Source: Candidatus Bathyarchaeota archaeon
GTDB taxonomy: Archaea > Thermoproteota > Bathyarchaeia > 40CM-2-53-6
Direction of reading: 5' to 3'
Assembly: GCA_963726255.1 (NCBI GenBank)
Contig: CAVSBL010000002.1
Location: 928,001-992,000, forward strand
DNA length: 64,000 bases
Below, in pieces: positions 40,076 to 49,171 of this stretch. Under the pieces are notes generated by a model. The model did not search any database. It had not been told where the DNA came from and worked only from the letters and a program-made list of their open reading frames with translations. Both the position numbers and the translations under genes were made by a program. Position 1 is the stretch's first letter. Each line of letters starts with the position of its first letter.

Positions 40076-43000
40076 TCTTGCGTCACCTCCGCTGCGTCAG
40101 GTCTGATTGGAAGGCGTATTGTTACGGTTGTGCCTTCACCAGGTCTGCTTTTCACGGATATGCTTCCTCCATGAGCGTCCACAACGCGTTTGCAAATCGC
40201 CAACCCCAAACCCAACCCCTTCGCTTTAGTGGTTTGGAGTGGCTTCCAGAGATTCTTCATAACCTTCTCTGGCATGCCCGATCCGGTATCTGAGAACTCG
40301 ATTTCCACGCTGCCGTCGGATCGCTTACCACTTATCGTGAGTATGCCACCTTGCGGCATCGCGTCGATCGCGTTATCCACAAGGTTGATGAAGACTCTGG
40401 TCATCCTGTCCGAATCAACTTTTATTGTCGGGCGCTCTTCCGACCTGTCATGTACTGTAACCACCCGTGGAACACTGACCTTTCCTAATGCTTCTCTTAC
40501 GATTGCTTTCGGAGTCGTCTCGATCAGATTCAATTTGATTTCTGCCGAATATTCCGTGAGGTCTCCTACGATGGCGTCTGAATAACCAACGCTGTCCTCG
40601 ATCAGTCGAAGCATCTCATCTCTCTCCTTCGCCGTCAACGCTTCTTGTTTCAGGAGGTGGACCGCTCCAGCTATTCCTTGCAACGGGTTGCGAAGGTCGT
40701 GTCCAACCATGGCCGCTGTTTCGCCTACGGCAGCCAGCCGATCAGCTTGCTGAAGGCGCTGCTCCATTTCCTTTCGCTCGGTGAGATCAATTGTAGAGAC
40801 CAAAACCTTCGAAAGCGTATCCTCGTAGCCTGGAATCACGCTCACAATCAAGCTAACGTGCTTTGTGTCGCCGGTCAAAGTTTGATTGTCAAATTCGCTC
40901 GAAAATTGTGTCTTTCCCTCACCCAAAGCGACGAGTTCTTCTCTGAATTTGTCGTGGAACTCGTGGGTGAAAATCCTGCCTAATTCACCCCTTAATTCTT
41001 CAACTGTTTTCGCGCCGTACAGCCTGAGCGTGGCTTCGTTGACATCAAGGATCTTCACCATAGTTGCACACTTGGCAAGTTCCTCCGGATGTTCAGTGAA
41101 GTATCTTCTAAGATTCTTAACCCCTCTATTTCGCAGATCGTCGAAGTATTTCTTGACTTCAGAGAAATCTTCTTCCCAAAGGGAGATTGGGCTGCTTTCG
41201 AAGAGGCGACGGTATCGTGCTTCGCTCTCAGCTAGCTTGCCAGACCTCTCCTTAACCAGCTCCTCTAGATGCGCAGAGTACTGTTTCAGTTCCTCCTCCA
41301 ATCGCTTGCGTTGGGTAACGTCGCGGAGTATTCCTTCATGGAAGATGACATTTCCCTGTTCGTTGTGAATGTATCGACCGTGGTCTTCAACCCAGACCTC
41401 GGATCCGCCCTTTTGACGCATACGGTAAACTTCAACTTCTTCCTGACCTGTATCTAGAATGTGGCTCCCCCGTTCTTCGGGTGAGAAATAGAGTTCCTTC
41501 TTGATGTCCGCAATGTCCAAGATTTCCTGCTTGCTCGAATACCCGAACATCCTCACAAAAGCAGGATTGACGTCAACAAACCGACCCTCGTGAGTGCTGA
41601 GGTATATTCCATCCAGCATCCGATCGAAGAGGGAGCGATATCGTTCTTCCGATTGACGAAGTTCATCTTCAGCCCGTTTGCGTTCGGTGATGTCGTCGAA
41701 AACGAACTCAATCGCGGCTCTCTGGTGGTAAGTGATCTTCGCCGCTCTAACCATGACGGGGACTTCAGAGCCATCCCTCTTTGTCAGGCTTATCTCATAA
41801 GGAGCTACGCGTTCGCCTCGTAGCCTCCTGGTCATGTTTTCCTTGAGCACACTTCTGGATTTTTCTGACACAGAGTTCTCTATTGGGTCAAAAGAAGGCG
41901 ATAGGAGTTCTTCGCGGGTCCAACCCAAATCTAGGACTGCTACGCTGTTGACGTATTTCAAAACTCCATCTTGGAGAATCCCGATGAAGTTCGGCGAATT
42001 CTCCACCATCGCCCGGTATCTTTCCTCGCTCTCTCGCAGTGCCTCTAAGCTTCGTTGATTCTCAAGGGCGATGGCTGCATGGTTGGCGAACAAAGCTAGC
42101 AGTTCGAGGTCCGCCTGCGTGAAGTGTCTGGCCTCCTTATTGTCTAGAACGTGGATCACCCCCGTAACTTTGCCCTGCCAGATCATCGGTGCGCTGAGGA
42201 CGGAGCTGAACGGCTGATCCTTCTCGTAGACAGCTGCACGGCCTGGCCAAGTTCGATAATCGTCAATGATCAACGGTTTCCCAGTCGTCGCCACCACACC
42301 AGCTGCACCTTCGCCATACTTCATCACCGTTCCCACAATATTCATGGGAGTATTGCGACTAACCACACAACGTACTTCTTGCTTCTCGGAATCGCAGAGG
42401 TACATTCCTCCGCTGGTCGCGCCTAGCAGCCGGGCCGCTCGTTCCACAATACTGTTCAGCAATTCTGGCAAGTCATGCCTGCCAGTAATGTCAAGCACCG
42501 TTTCTTGGAGCGCAGCCAGCTCTCCTACCCGGTGGCGTAGCGCCTCCCCGACCCGCTTGCGATTACTGACATTTTCAAAAACCGCAACGAAATTTCCCCT
42601 CGCCGGGCTGGAAACTGAGATGGCCAGACTTATCCCCAAAGATTTCAAGTCAACTTCAAAGCTCTCTGGTTTGCCCGTCAAAGCAACTCTCCCATAGATC
42701 TCAAACAACTCTGGGTTTTCCTCTTTGATCCCGGGAATCACTTCGGTGACTCTCTTGCCCACCACGTTTCTCAGACCGGTCAACCGACTAAATGCGCTGT
42801 TAACATCAAGATAGACGAAATCCTCTGGACGGCCATCGTCGTCAAGAATCATCTTGCAGTAAGCGAAACCCTCCAACATACTCTGGAATAGTGAACGGTA
42901 ACGCTCCTCGCTCTCTCGCAACAGGGCCTCGTCTTTTAGGCGTCTCAGCGCTGAGGCTGCGTGAGTGGCCAGCGTTTCGAGGAGTTTTTGGTCATTATCA

Positions 43001-43533
43001 ACGAAGGCATTAGGGAGATTGTTTTCGACATTTAGGACGGCAACAACTGTCTCGTCGATGACCACGGGTACTGCTAGCTCGGATAGCTTTGCTGGGGATG
43101 CCTCTTTCCCTGCACGTCCTTCATCGTCAACGTATGCTTCCTTTCTTCTTGTGTCTGAGACGGTCACGGTTCTTCCTGTGTTCGCAGCCATCACGGTAAC
43201 TCCAGGACCGTCTAAGGGCAACTCTAAGAAAGACGGAGTTGTCCCCCGCTTTCCCTTGAAACAAAGGCATCTTCTATCCGCATCGACCAACGAGAAGTCA
43301 GCCGAGCTGAATCCAAGTGTGAATTCCATAGCGTCAAGCGTGTACTTCACTACCTCGTCAACGTTCGTGGCGGCGCTAAGTTGCGATGCGTGTCGATGTA
43401 GCGCCATCAATTTCTCTTCGTATTCGTTGCGCTTGCTTTTGCGCTCACCGTTGCTCTTGGTCGTCAAAGCTTTCGCCTTCACGACCTTTCGTTTTCTTTT
43501 CTTCAAATATCTCAGCTCAACTTGTCCATTCAA
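40072..43533 (-). CDS. Soluble multi-sensor histidine kinase (GAF-PAS-GAF-PAS-PAS-PAS-HisKA-HATPase)
   Basis: HDLRNPL H-box, NAIDAM, DTGSG and GLGLGL; repeated ESEERYR / DITERK PAS linkers. Confidence 0.95.
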   Translation of the reverse strand: MNGQVELRYLKKRKRKVVKAKALTTKSNGERKSKRNEYEEKLMALHRHASQLSAATNVDEVVKYTLDAMEFTLGFSSADFSLVDADRRCLCFKGKRGTTPSFLELPLDGPGVTVMAANTGRTVTVSDTRRKEAYVDDEGRAGKEASPAKLSELAVPVVIDETVVAVLNVENNLPNAFVDNDQKLLETLATHAASALRRLKDEALLRESEERYRSLFQSMLEGFAYCKMILDDDGRPEDFVYLDVNSAFSRLTGLRNVVGKRVTEVIPGIKEENPELFEIYGRVALTGKPESFEVDLKSLGISLAISVSSPARGNFVAVFENVSNRKRVGEALRHRVGELAALQETVLDITGRHDLPELLNSIVERAARLLGATSGGMYLCDSEKQEVRCVVSRNTPMNIVGTVMKYGEGAAGVVATTGKPLIIDDYRTWPGRAAVYEKDQPFSSVLSAPMIWQGKVTGVIHVLDNKEARHFTQADLELLALFANHAAIALENQRSLEALRESEERYRAMVENSPNFIGILQDGVLKYVNSVAVLDLGWTREELLSPSFDPIENSVSEKSRSVLKENMTRRLRGERVAPYEISLTKRDGSEVPVMVRAAKITYHQRAAIEFVFDDITERKRAEDELRQSEERYRSLFDRMLDGIYLSTHEGRFVDVNPAFVRMFGYSSKQEILDIADIKKELYFSPEERGSHILDTGQEEVEVYRMRQKGGSEVWVEDHGRYIHNEQGNVIFHEGILRDVTQRKRLEEELKQYSAHLEELVKERSGKLAESEARYRRLFESSPISLWEEDFSEVKKYFDDLRNRGVKNLRRYFTEHPEELAKCATMVKILDVNEATLRLYGAKTVEELRGELGRIFTHEFHDKFREELVALGEGKTQFSSEFDNQTLTGDTKHVSLIVSVIPGYEDTLSKVLVSTIDLTERKEMEQRLQQADRLAAVGETAAMVGHDLRNPLQGIAGAVHLLKQEALTAKERDEMLRLIEDSVGYSDAIVGDLTEYSAEIKLNLIETTPKAIVREALGKVSVPRVVTVHDRSEERPTIKVDSDRMTRVFINLVDNAIDAMPQGGILTISGKRSDGSVEIEFSDTGSGMPEKVMKNLWKPLQTTKAKGLGLGLAICKRVVDAHGGSISVKSRPGEGTTVTIRLPIRPDAAEVTQE

Positions 43534-43871
43534 TTACGGGGAGGTAAGGTCTGTAGCTTTCTCTTCGCTTCTTCAACGTACTCCAGGAGGCTGTGGTTTG
43601 CCTTCTCATCGAACTCAAGCTGGAGCTTGGAGTAGAATCTCTTGGCGATGGCTTTGCCTATGGTTTTCCCGCTTGAACCGAGTGTCTTCTCTAGAATGGA
43701 GAAGAAAACCTCTAGGCGGTTGGGTAACTCATCCTTAGTGATAGCGCAGAATCTCTCCAGATGCAAATATAACGAATCTAGCACGCCCTTGCCTAGAAGT
43801 GCAGTCATGGCCTCGTCTATGGATTCGAGTAGAGCATCATTGAACTCTTTGCTGGTTTGTGGCTGCTCCAA
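43530..43871 (-). CDS. DUF3227-like archaeal signalling accessory protein
   Basis: LLE.IDE....LLG....D.LY.HLE...LEK.LG pattern; translationally coupled to the kinase. Confidence 0.65.
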   Translation of the reverse strand: MEQPQTSKEFNDALLESIDEAMTALLGKGVLDSLYLHLERFCAITKDELPNRLEVFFSILEKTLGSSGKTIGKAIAKRFYSKLQLEFDEKANHSLLEYVEEAKRKLQTLPPRN

Positions 43872-43919
43872 CGCAATCAGCGGATCTTCAAGGGATTGAT
43901 GCGTCAGCGCTTGAGAGAT

Positions 43920-44081
43920 TCATTCCTCGATCTTCACTGTTCCTCGTTTTACCAGAATCTTATCGTGGTCTTTGACAAACACTATTAGATCGCCGTTGTC
44001 AGCTCTCAGGAATTCTCTTACCGATTTCGGGAGGGTCAGTTGGTACTTTCCCGTAATAGTAGACCTACCCACGACCTCCAT
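43920..44081 (-). CDS. AbrB/MazE/SpoVT family DNA-binding protein
   Basis: STITGKYQLTLPKSVREFL...GD.IVF. Confidence 0.88.
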   Translation of the reverse strand: MEVVGRSTITGKYQLTLPKSVREFLRADNGDLIVFVKDHDKILVKRGTVKIEE

Positions 44082-44204
44082 GGAATCACACCTGCATGGA
44101 AACAAGGAATACTTGGTCAAAGGTAGTTCGTCACCGGCAACGGGGTTGTCTGGTAACAACGGATAGGCGTAGGAATCTGGACTTTTGGAGGGGAAAAAAT
44201 CGCA

Positions 44205-44324
44205 TTGGACGCGGTTTTGGTGGCGTTGGTGATGATGCGGTTGATCGCTTTCGTCGGTACCTCCATCGGAAATGCTTGGATATGGATTTTCTTACAACCA
44301 AAAGAACGAGGAAAAGGCCATTAA
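44205..44324 (+). CDS. Possible small membrane peptide (39 aa)
   Basis: MDAVLVALVMMRLIAFVGTSIGNAWIWIFLQPKERGKGH from TTG, with a GGAGG-like site upstream. Confidence 0.35.
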   Translation: MDAVLVALVMMRLIAFVGTSIGNAWIWIFLQPKERGKGH

Positions 44325-44371
44325 TGATAGAGCAAGAAGTGAACCAGACAGGAACTTGCTGAGGAGACATA

Positions 44372-44593
44372 TTGTTGAGTGAAGAGTCTAACGAGGAAGA
44401 GGAAAAGCAGCGTGAGGAATCGCAAGAGGAAGATCAGCGGGAGCAGGAAGACGAGGAAGAGCTGAAACGGGAAGGAGCTGACGAGAGCGCCGAAAAGGAA
44501 AGGGATGAGGACAGGCGGGAACAGGATGAGGAAGAACGTGAACACGATAAGGGACGGCGGAAGCGACCACCACAAGCGGCATACTCGGCCTAG
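44372..44593 (+). CDS. Small Glu/Arg-rich low-complexity protein
   Basis: SD GAGGAG upstream; E/R/D-rich 73 aa. Confidence 0.5.
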   Translation: MLSEESNEEEEKQREESQEEDQREQEDEEELKREGADESAEKERDEDRREQDEEEREHDKGRRKRPPQAAYSA

Positions 44594-44836
44594 TATCAAA
44601 GTACATCTAATCGAACGGTCAAAAGCGCATGATACCTACGCAGGAACGTAACATGTGCGTCCCTGTTTTCGCTCTTGGGCCGTCTTCCAATGTAAAAATA
44701 ACAAACTATTCTCAAAAAGTGAGAAAGGACAGAGTGCTGCAACTAAGTAACAACACTAAGCGCTAACAAAGAAGCTGGTAAAAACGAAAGAAACATAATA
44801 AAAAGAAATAGATTATAATCGTTCGGCGTCATGGCA

Positions 44837-45118
44837 TTAGGAAGTTATCCGAGACGCTTCTCCTGCTGCCCGGATTTTCGCCTTCTTCCTTCCTTCGATA
44901 AGCTGTTTATGAACTGCCGATGGACGCCAGCCGCCCGACGGAATACCTTTGATAATCCGTCGCGCTTCCTCTAAACCCGCAACGTAGCCTTGCATGTATT
45001 GTGCGGTCGTTTTGTATTCTTCATACGGCAGGTTATCCTTCTCTGCTTCCCTCTTGGCGATAAGGTCTTCAATCTTCGTCAGCAGATTTCTCTTTCGAAA
45101 ACTTTCTCTCTCGCGCAT
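44837..45118 (-). CDS. Hypothetical helical protein
   Basis: MRERESF...YMQGYVAGLEEARRII; protein-like composition. Confidence 0.55.
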   Translation of the reverse strand: MRERESFRKRNLLTKIEDLIAKREAEKDNLPYEEYKTTAQYMQGYVAGLEEARRIIKGIPSGGWRPSAVHKQLIEGRKKAKIRAAGEASRITS

Positions 45119-45587
45119 GATCCACACGAATGAATGAGATATCAATCCGATATGAAAACGCTCGCTCCAAATCGAATTCACTCTTGACCTTCCTTCCAGG
45201 TAGTTTCGGGAGCGGAAAGCGCCTTGGAGGCTGGAAACATCAAGGATGCATTAGACCTCCTGAAGCTGCTGAATCTACCCTGGCGTGCCATCTCCTATGC
45301 CGAAATCTAAATCTAGGATGCTTGCCTATTGGTCGTGAACCATCTTGGGATGGAAAGAAAGTAAAGTTAGCCGCAAGAGAAGAGAGAAGGTTGACTTTGA
45401 CCTTACCTTGCTTCAAGGCAGAGCGAAACGGGCGGGCATTGGTCTAACCCCTGTCAGGAACAAGAGCAAGAAGAACGAGAAAAAGACCTTGGCGAAAAAA
45501 GGATGACGGTCGTGAAGTTGTCCGACCTTAATCTGTAGTGTCGCAAGACTCCTCTTAGAAGCTCCGTATTGCCCCAGCGAGAATTTG

Positions 45588-45615
45588 TGGTGGGGCCGGT
45601 GGGATACGAACCCAC
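45588..45615 (-). repeat. Displaced copy of tRNA-Pro 3' end (att-like), 26/28 identical
   Basis: TGGTGGGGCCGGTGGGATACGAACCCAC vs TGGTGGGGCCGGTGGGATTTGAACCCAC at 51121-51148. Confidence 0.9.
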
Positions 45616-45735
45616 CAATATCGTGGGTTCCATGAGGGTTCCACCTCGATCGACTACGATGTTAGCCGCGGCCTTGTTTCAATGTGGTGGTGGGTCTAGT
45701 GGTGCCGACCAAACCTCATTCCGTTGACCTTGGGT

Positions 45736-46131
45736 TCAAATCTTCCACTTGACGGCAGTCACTCTAGTCCCCTGGTCGTTTACTCGCTCAATTCTGAATT
45801 CACTCATCAATCGTTCGACGGCTCCGAGACCTATGCCTAGGCCGGTTGCCGAAGAATTAGGTTTGTGGAGGGCTCGGTCGATGTCTATGATTCCTGGTCC
45901 CTTGTCTTCGGCGATCACGATAATGCCTACCCTGCCACGTTCTGTGACTGCATCAATTGCTATGTTCCCTTTTCCTCGGGCGTGGTCAAGAATGTTGTTG
46001 GCGAGTTCAGAGACCGCTATTTGCACCTTGCTCTGGTCAGCCTCCGATAGACCTATCCTCTTTGCCAAGTCTCCTGCCCTCTGCGTCGCTTTCAGTATTT
46101 CAGTGCGGGTCGTAATTTCTATCTTTGCCAT
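45736..46131 (-). CDS. Second RsbT-like Ser/Thr kinase (GHKL)
   Basis: IAVSELANNI, EDKGPGI and GLGIGLGAV.RLM motifs. Confidence 0.88.
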   Translation of the reverse strand: MAKIEITTRTEILKATQRAGDLAKRIGLSEADQSKVQIAVSELANNILDHARGKGNIAIDAVTERGRVGIIVIAEDKGPGIIDIDRALHKPNSSATGLGIGLGAVERLMSEFRIERVNDQGTRVTAVKWKI

Positions 46132-46155
46132 CGCTCGGTTCTCTCTTATGGTATG

Positions 46156-46725
46156 TCAATCGTTCACCGCAATTGCTACGGTTGCGTCGTCATACTCTTT
46201 GCTCCATTTGGTCATGATCGCGTCAGCGGCCATTTGAGGATGCTCATAGATTGAAGGATAGTCTGATAGATCGAACCTACCTGAAATTCCATCTGAGTGC
46301 ATCACTACAGCCCTAAGTGAACGGTATGGATATTCAAACGCCGTGACCTTTCTCAAGTTAACCCCGAGAATACCGTCCATGGAGGCGGGATGCATAGGCG
46401 GCTCGCTAACTATGCGTACGTCAGTGTTGCCAACCCCACAGAAGCGAAGCTTACGCTCCCTCGAGTCGATTCTGACCAACTCCGCGACAACTCCTCTTGT
46501 CTTGCTCAGATGCGTGTGAAGATCTAGGATGGTCTGTTTAAGGTCCGCTGAGGGCTTCGTCGCTATGAACTCTTTTGACATCTTGGCCACAACAGATGCC
46601 TCTTCGCCGTGGCCGAGTCCGTCTATCAAAGCCATGAGCGTATGATCATCGTGCTCATCCACGAGGTAAGCGTCGCCATTGGCACGCATTCCTCGTGCAG
46701 GCCTCGACGCGATTCCGAACCTCAT
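46156..46725 (-). CDS. rsbX: PP2C/SpoIIE phosphatase, RsbX-like
   Basis: NGD, IDGLGHG, GVGN, HSDG and DDAT motifs. Confidence 0.88.
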   Translation of the reverse strand: MRFGIASRPARGMRANGDAYLVDEHDDHTLMALIDGLGHGEEASVVAKMSKEFIATKPSADLKQTILDLHTHLSKTRGVVAELVRIDSRERKLRFCGVGNTDVRIVSEPPMHPASMDGILGVNLRKVTAFEYPYRSLRAVVMHSDGISGRFDLSDYPSIYEHPQMAADAIMTKWSKEYDDATVAIAVND

Positions 46726-46731
46726 ATCGCG

Positions 46732-47124
46732 TCACAGCCACTTTCTTACCGTAACCGTAGTGCCTTCTCCAACCTTGGTCCTGATCTCGAAATCATCCAT
46801 GAGCCTCTTGGAGCCTGACAGACCTAGTCCCAGACCACCTCCTGTGCTATGGCCTCCTTTCAACACCAATTCAAGTTCCCGAATTCCTGGTCCGTGGTCT
46901 TCAACCACGATCTCTATTCCTCTCTTTCCTTCTTTGTTCACCGATTTCATGACCACCTTTCCTCGGCTACAATATTGGAAAGCGTTTCTAGCTAATTCTG
47001 AAACGGCTGTGGCGATTCTGGTTTGGTCCATGTAGCCGAAGCCTAAGGCTTCCGCTTTCGCTTTCGCTTGAACGCGGGCATTAACTATGTCCGCCTCGTT
47101 CTTCACTTCTACTACATCACTCAA
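46732..47124 (-). CDS. rsbT: Stressosome kinase RsbT
   Basis: DIV.AR, GF..DQTRIATAVSELARN, D.GPGI and GLGLGLSGSKRLMDDF motifs. Confidence 0.95.
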   Translation of the reverse strand: MSDVVEVKNEADIVNARVQAKAKAEALGFGYMDQTRIATAVSELARNAFQYCSRGKVVMKSVNKEGKRGIEIVVEDHGPGIRELELVLKGGHSTGGGLGLGLSGSKRLMDDFEIRTKVGEGTTVTVRKWL

Positions 47125-47128
47125 TAAC

Positions 47129-47500
47129 TCAGCCAGAACGATTCCCAGCTTTGCGGAGTATTTCCAAACCTCTCTCGAGATTGCGTGCTGTGTGAATTCC
47201 TCCCATCGAAAAACCCATTTCAACGAGAGTCATGGCGACCTCGGGTCTCAAGCCTACCACGACGACGTCGGCCCCCATCACCTTTGCAGCTAAGGTAATT
47301 TCGGCTATCTGTCTCACCAAAAAGCTGTCCACTACGTCTATTGCGCTTACATCAAAAACAAGTCCTTTCGCTCTCGCTTCTAGGACTCGCTTGAGTATCT
47401 CGTTCTTGAATTCGACAGCCATTCGGTCGTGCATGGCTACTTGGGGCGAAGTAATCAAATAGTCTCCTGTCTTCAAGATTGGAATAGAGATCTTATTCAA
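47129..47500 (-). CDS. rsbS: Stressosome STAS protein RsbS
   Basis: IPILK, DVSAIDVVDSF (phospho-Ser) and G.RPEVA.TLVEMG motifs. Confidence 0.95.
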   Translation of the reverse strand: MNKISIPILKTGDYLITSPQVAMHDRMAVEFKNEILKRVLEARAKGLVFDVSAIDVVDSFLVRQIAEITLAAKVMGADVVVVGLRPEVAMTLVEMGFSMGGIHTARNLERGLEILRKAGNRSG

Positions 47501-47520
47501 ATCCGTTCACTCCACGATTC

Positions 47521-47960
47521 TTAATTTGTCGCTATCTTGGTTACCTTCCAGCCCAGCTTGGCGAATGAATACTCAAGTCCCTCGTGCAATGTGGCACGAG
47601 TCACGATGCCCGACATGTCCACGCCGAGACTCACAAGAGTAGTTGCAACATCTGGCCTGATGCCAGTTATCACAAACTCTGACCCCATCAACTTGACGGC
47701 CTGCGCAGTGCGGAGAATGTGGCTGGCAGCCTTCGTGTCGATAGCTGCAATGCCTCCAATGCTCAAGATTACGATCTCGACCTTAGTCTGCGCTATATGC
47801 TCGAGGATTGACTCGTGATTTGTTTTGCGCGAGCTGAGTCAAGGACACCGATGAGTGGGAGCATCATTATGCCCTCCCAAACCTCGACGAGTGGCGTAGA
47901 GAGCTTTCTCAGCATCTCGTCCTTTTCCGCCGATATTTCAGAGTCCGTTGCTCTTTTCAT
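47521..47960 (-). CDS. rsbR: RsbR-like STAS protein lacking an N-terminal sensor domain (apparent 1-nt frameshift near 47814)
   Basis: SD GGAGGTGA then MKRATDSEISAEKDEMLRKLSTPLVEVWEGIMMLPLIGVLDSARAKQI, continuing in the next frame with IDT...ITGIRPDVA.TLV.LG. Confidence 0.88.
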
Positions 47961-48049
47961 ATATGCTCACCTCCTGAATCATGATTACCCGATTGCGATC
48001 CAAGAAAACACGTGCATTCGATCTTGTTTCTTTCCTCAAGATTGTTTCC

Positions 48050-48628
48050 TCATAATTTGATGCTCATGTCGCAAAAATGGCGAATTGCAGAGAGCGTTTT
48101 CTCCTCTACGGAGCCTTCCTGGCTAAGGACTAGGCCGGTCATTTGCAGAACTCTTAGACGCCCTGTGAGAAAGTGAAAGAATTGTAGGACTGATCCCGTG
48201 CTGTTGTATATCAGCAGCGTTGAGATTGAGTCTGATAATACCCACGAGTGTCCTGGAGTAATGTCCGTGCTCTCCAAGGCTTTCTCGATGGCGAGTTGAG
48301 TGGCTGAAAGGTCTTCAGGTGAATGGACGAACAGCACGTTCTTGGCCTGCAAATTGGCGCCGAAACTCTTCGAAACGAGATCGACTATGATTATCTTCGC
48401 CGTCTCAAGCGCTGTCCTCAAGTCAAATCCATTTTGTCCAAAACGGTCTAAGAGATCTGTGGCAGGCCTACTAGAGGAAACATATACTCCACCAGAGCTT
48501 GCGTGAGTTTTCAGGAAGCGAGCCAGCAAGCTGATCTCATCTGTTTCCGCAGAGATCTGAATAAGCGCGATAGACTTCGGTGGAATATTGCTGAGCAGAT
48601 CAACTCCGGCCTGCGTGAGTGTGTTCAA
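48050..48628 (-). CDS. Inactivated KaiC/RecA-like ATPase-fold protein
   Basis: YVS..RP, IIVD, DSISTLLIYN and CD..IKL pattern; Walker A absent. Confidence 0.7.
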   Translation of the reverse strand: MNTLTQAGVDLLSNIPPKSIALIQISAETDEISLLARFLKTHASSGGVYVSSSRPATDLLDRFGQNGFDLRTALETAKIIIVDLVSKSFGANLQAKNVLFVHSPEDLSATQLAIEKALESTDITPGHSWVLSDSISTLLIYNSTGSVLQFFHFLTGRLRVLQMTGLVLSQEGSVEEKTLSAIRHFCDMSIKL

Positions 48629-48901
48629 GGTGATCTCTTGCCATTGTCAGTTTGCATTTTCCTAGGAGAGCCTGTGACAATTCCTTCAAATCCAACGAAC
48701 GGCGGTTAATGAAATTGAATACAGGCGACCTCCTTGTGTTCGTTGCACGGAGGCAAGAGATCGTGTTGAAAAAGGGCGAAGTTAAGATCAACGACTGACA
48801 TGATTGACTACACCTAAGCTTGGAACCCTGCGTTCTCTCTCTGCCAAAACGGCTCAAAATGAGGAGAATGGTGTGCAAAACTGGCTGTTGAACCCATGGT
48901 A

Positions 48902-48929
48902 TGGCGGGGCCGGCGGGATCTGCACCCAC
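48902..48929 (-). repeat. Second displaced copy of tRNA-Pro 3' end, 24/28 identical
   Basis: TGGCGGGGCCGGCGGGATCTGCACCCAC vs 51121-51148. Confidence 0.8.
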
Positions 48930-48954
48930 AATTCGTGTGACTAATGCCTTCATC

Positions 48955-49119
48955 TCATATCTTACGCATGACATACAGCAGTCTTGAGGCACGCATTTCA
49001 GATTCCATATGCCTTGCGTCCTCAATGAAGTTGGCGGTGAGCATGTCGAAGATGAATAACCCGTTCTCTTTCAGATCCCCATGAACGGTTGCGAAAGTCT
49101 GCTCCCTAGGAGATGTCAA
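48955..49119 (-). pseudogene. Class I SAM methyltransferase remnant
   Basis: Manual translation ...EQTFATVHGDLKENGLFIFDM...SRLLYVMRKI. Confidence 0.4.
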
Positions 49120-49171
49120 GGAGACGGGAGAGTACTATAGTACTGTAGAGGAGTTAATTTAGAAACATGTT

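Noticed and set aside
42965-43738. Long antisense ORFs (this 257-aa one, also 15053..15721, 31930..32511, 51498..52037 and similar)
   Set aside because: Shadow frames opposite well-supported genes, with no recognisable motifs
45686-45705. Another tRNA-tail copy (TGGTGGGTCTAGTGG)
   Set aside because: Only 12/15 match in G-rich sequence with no T-loop part; could be chance
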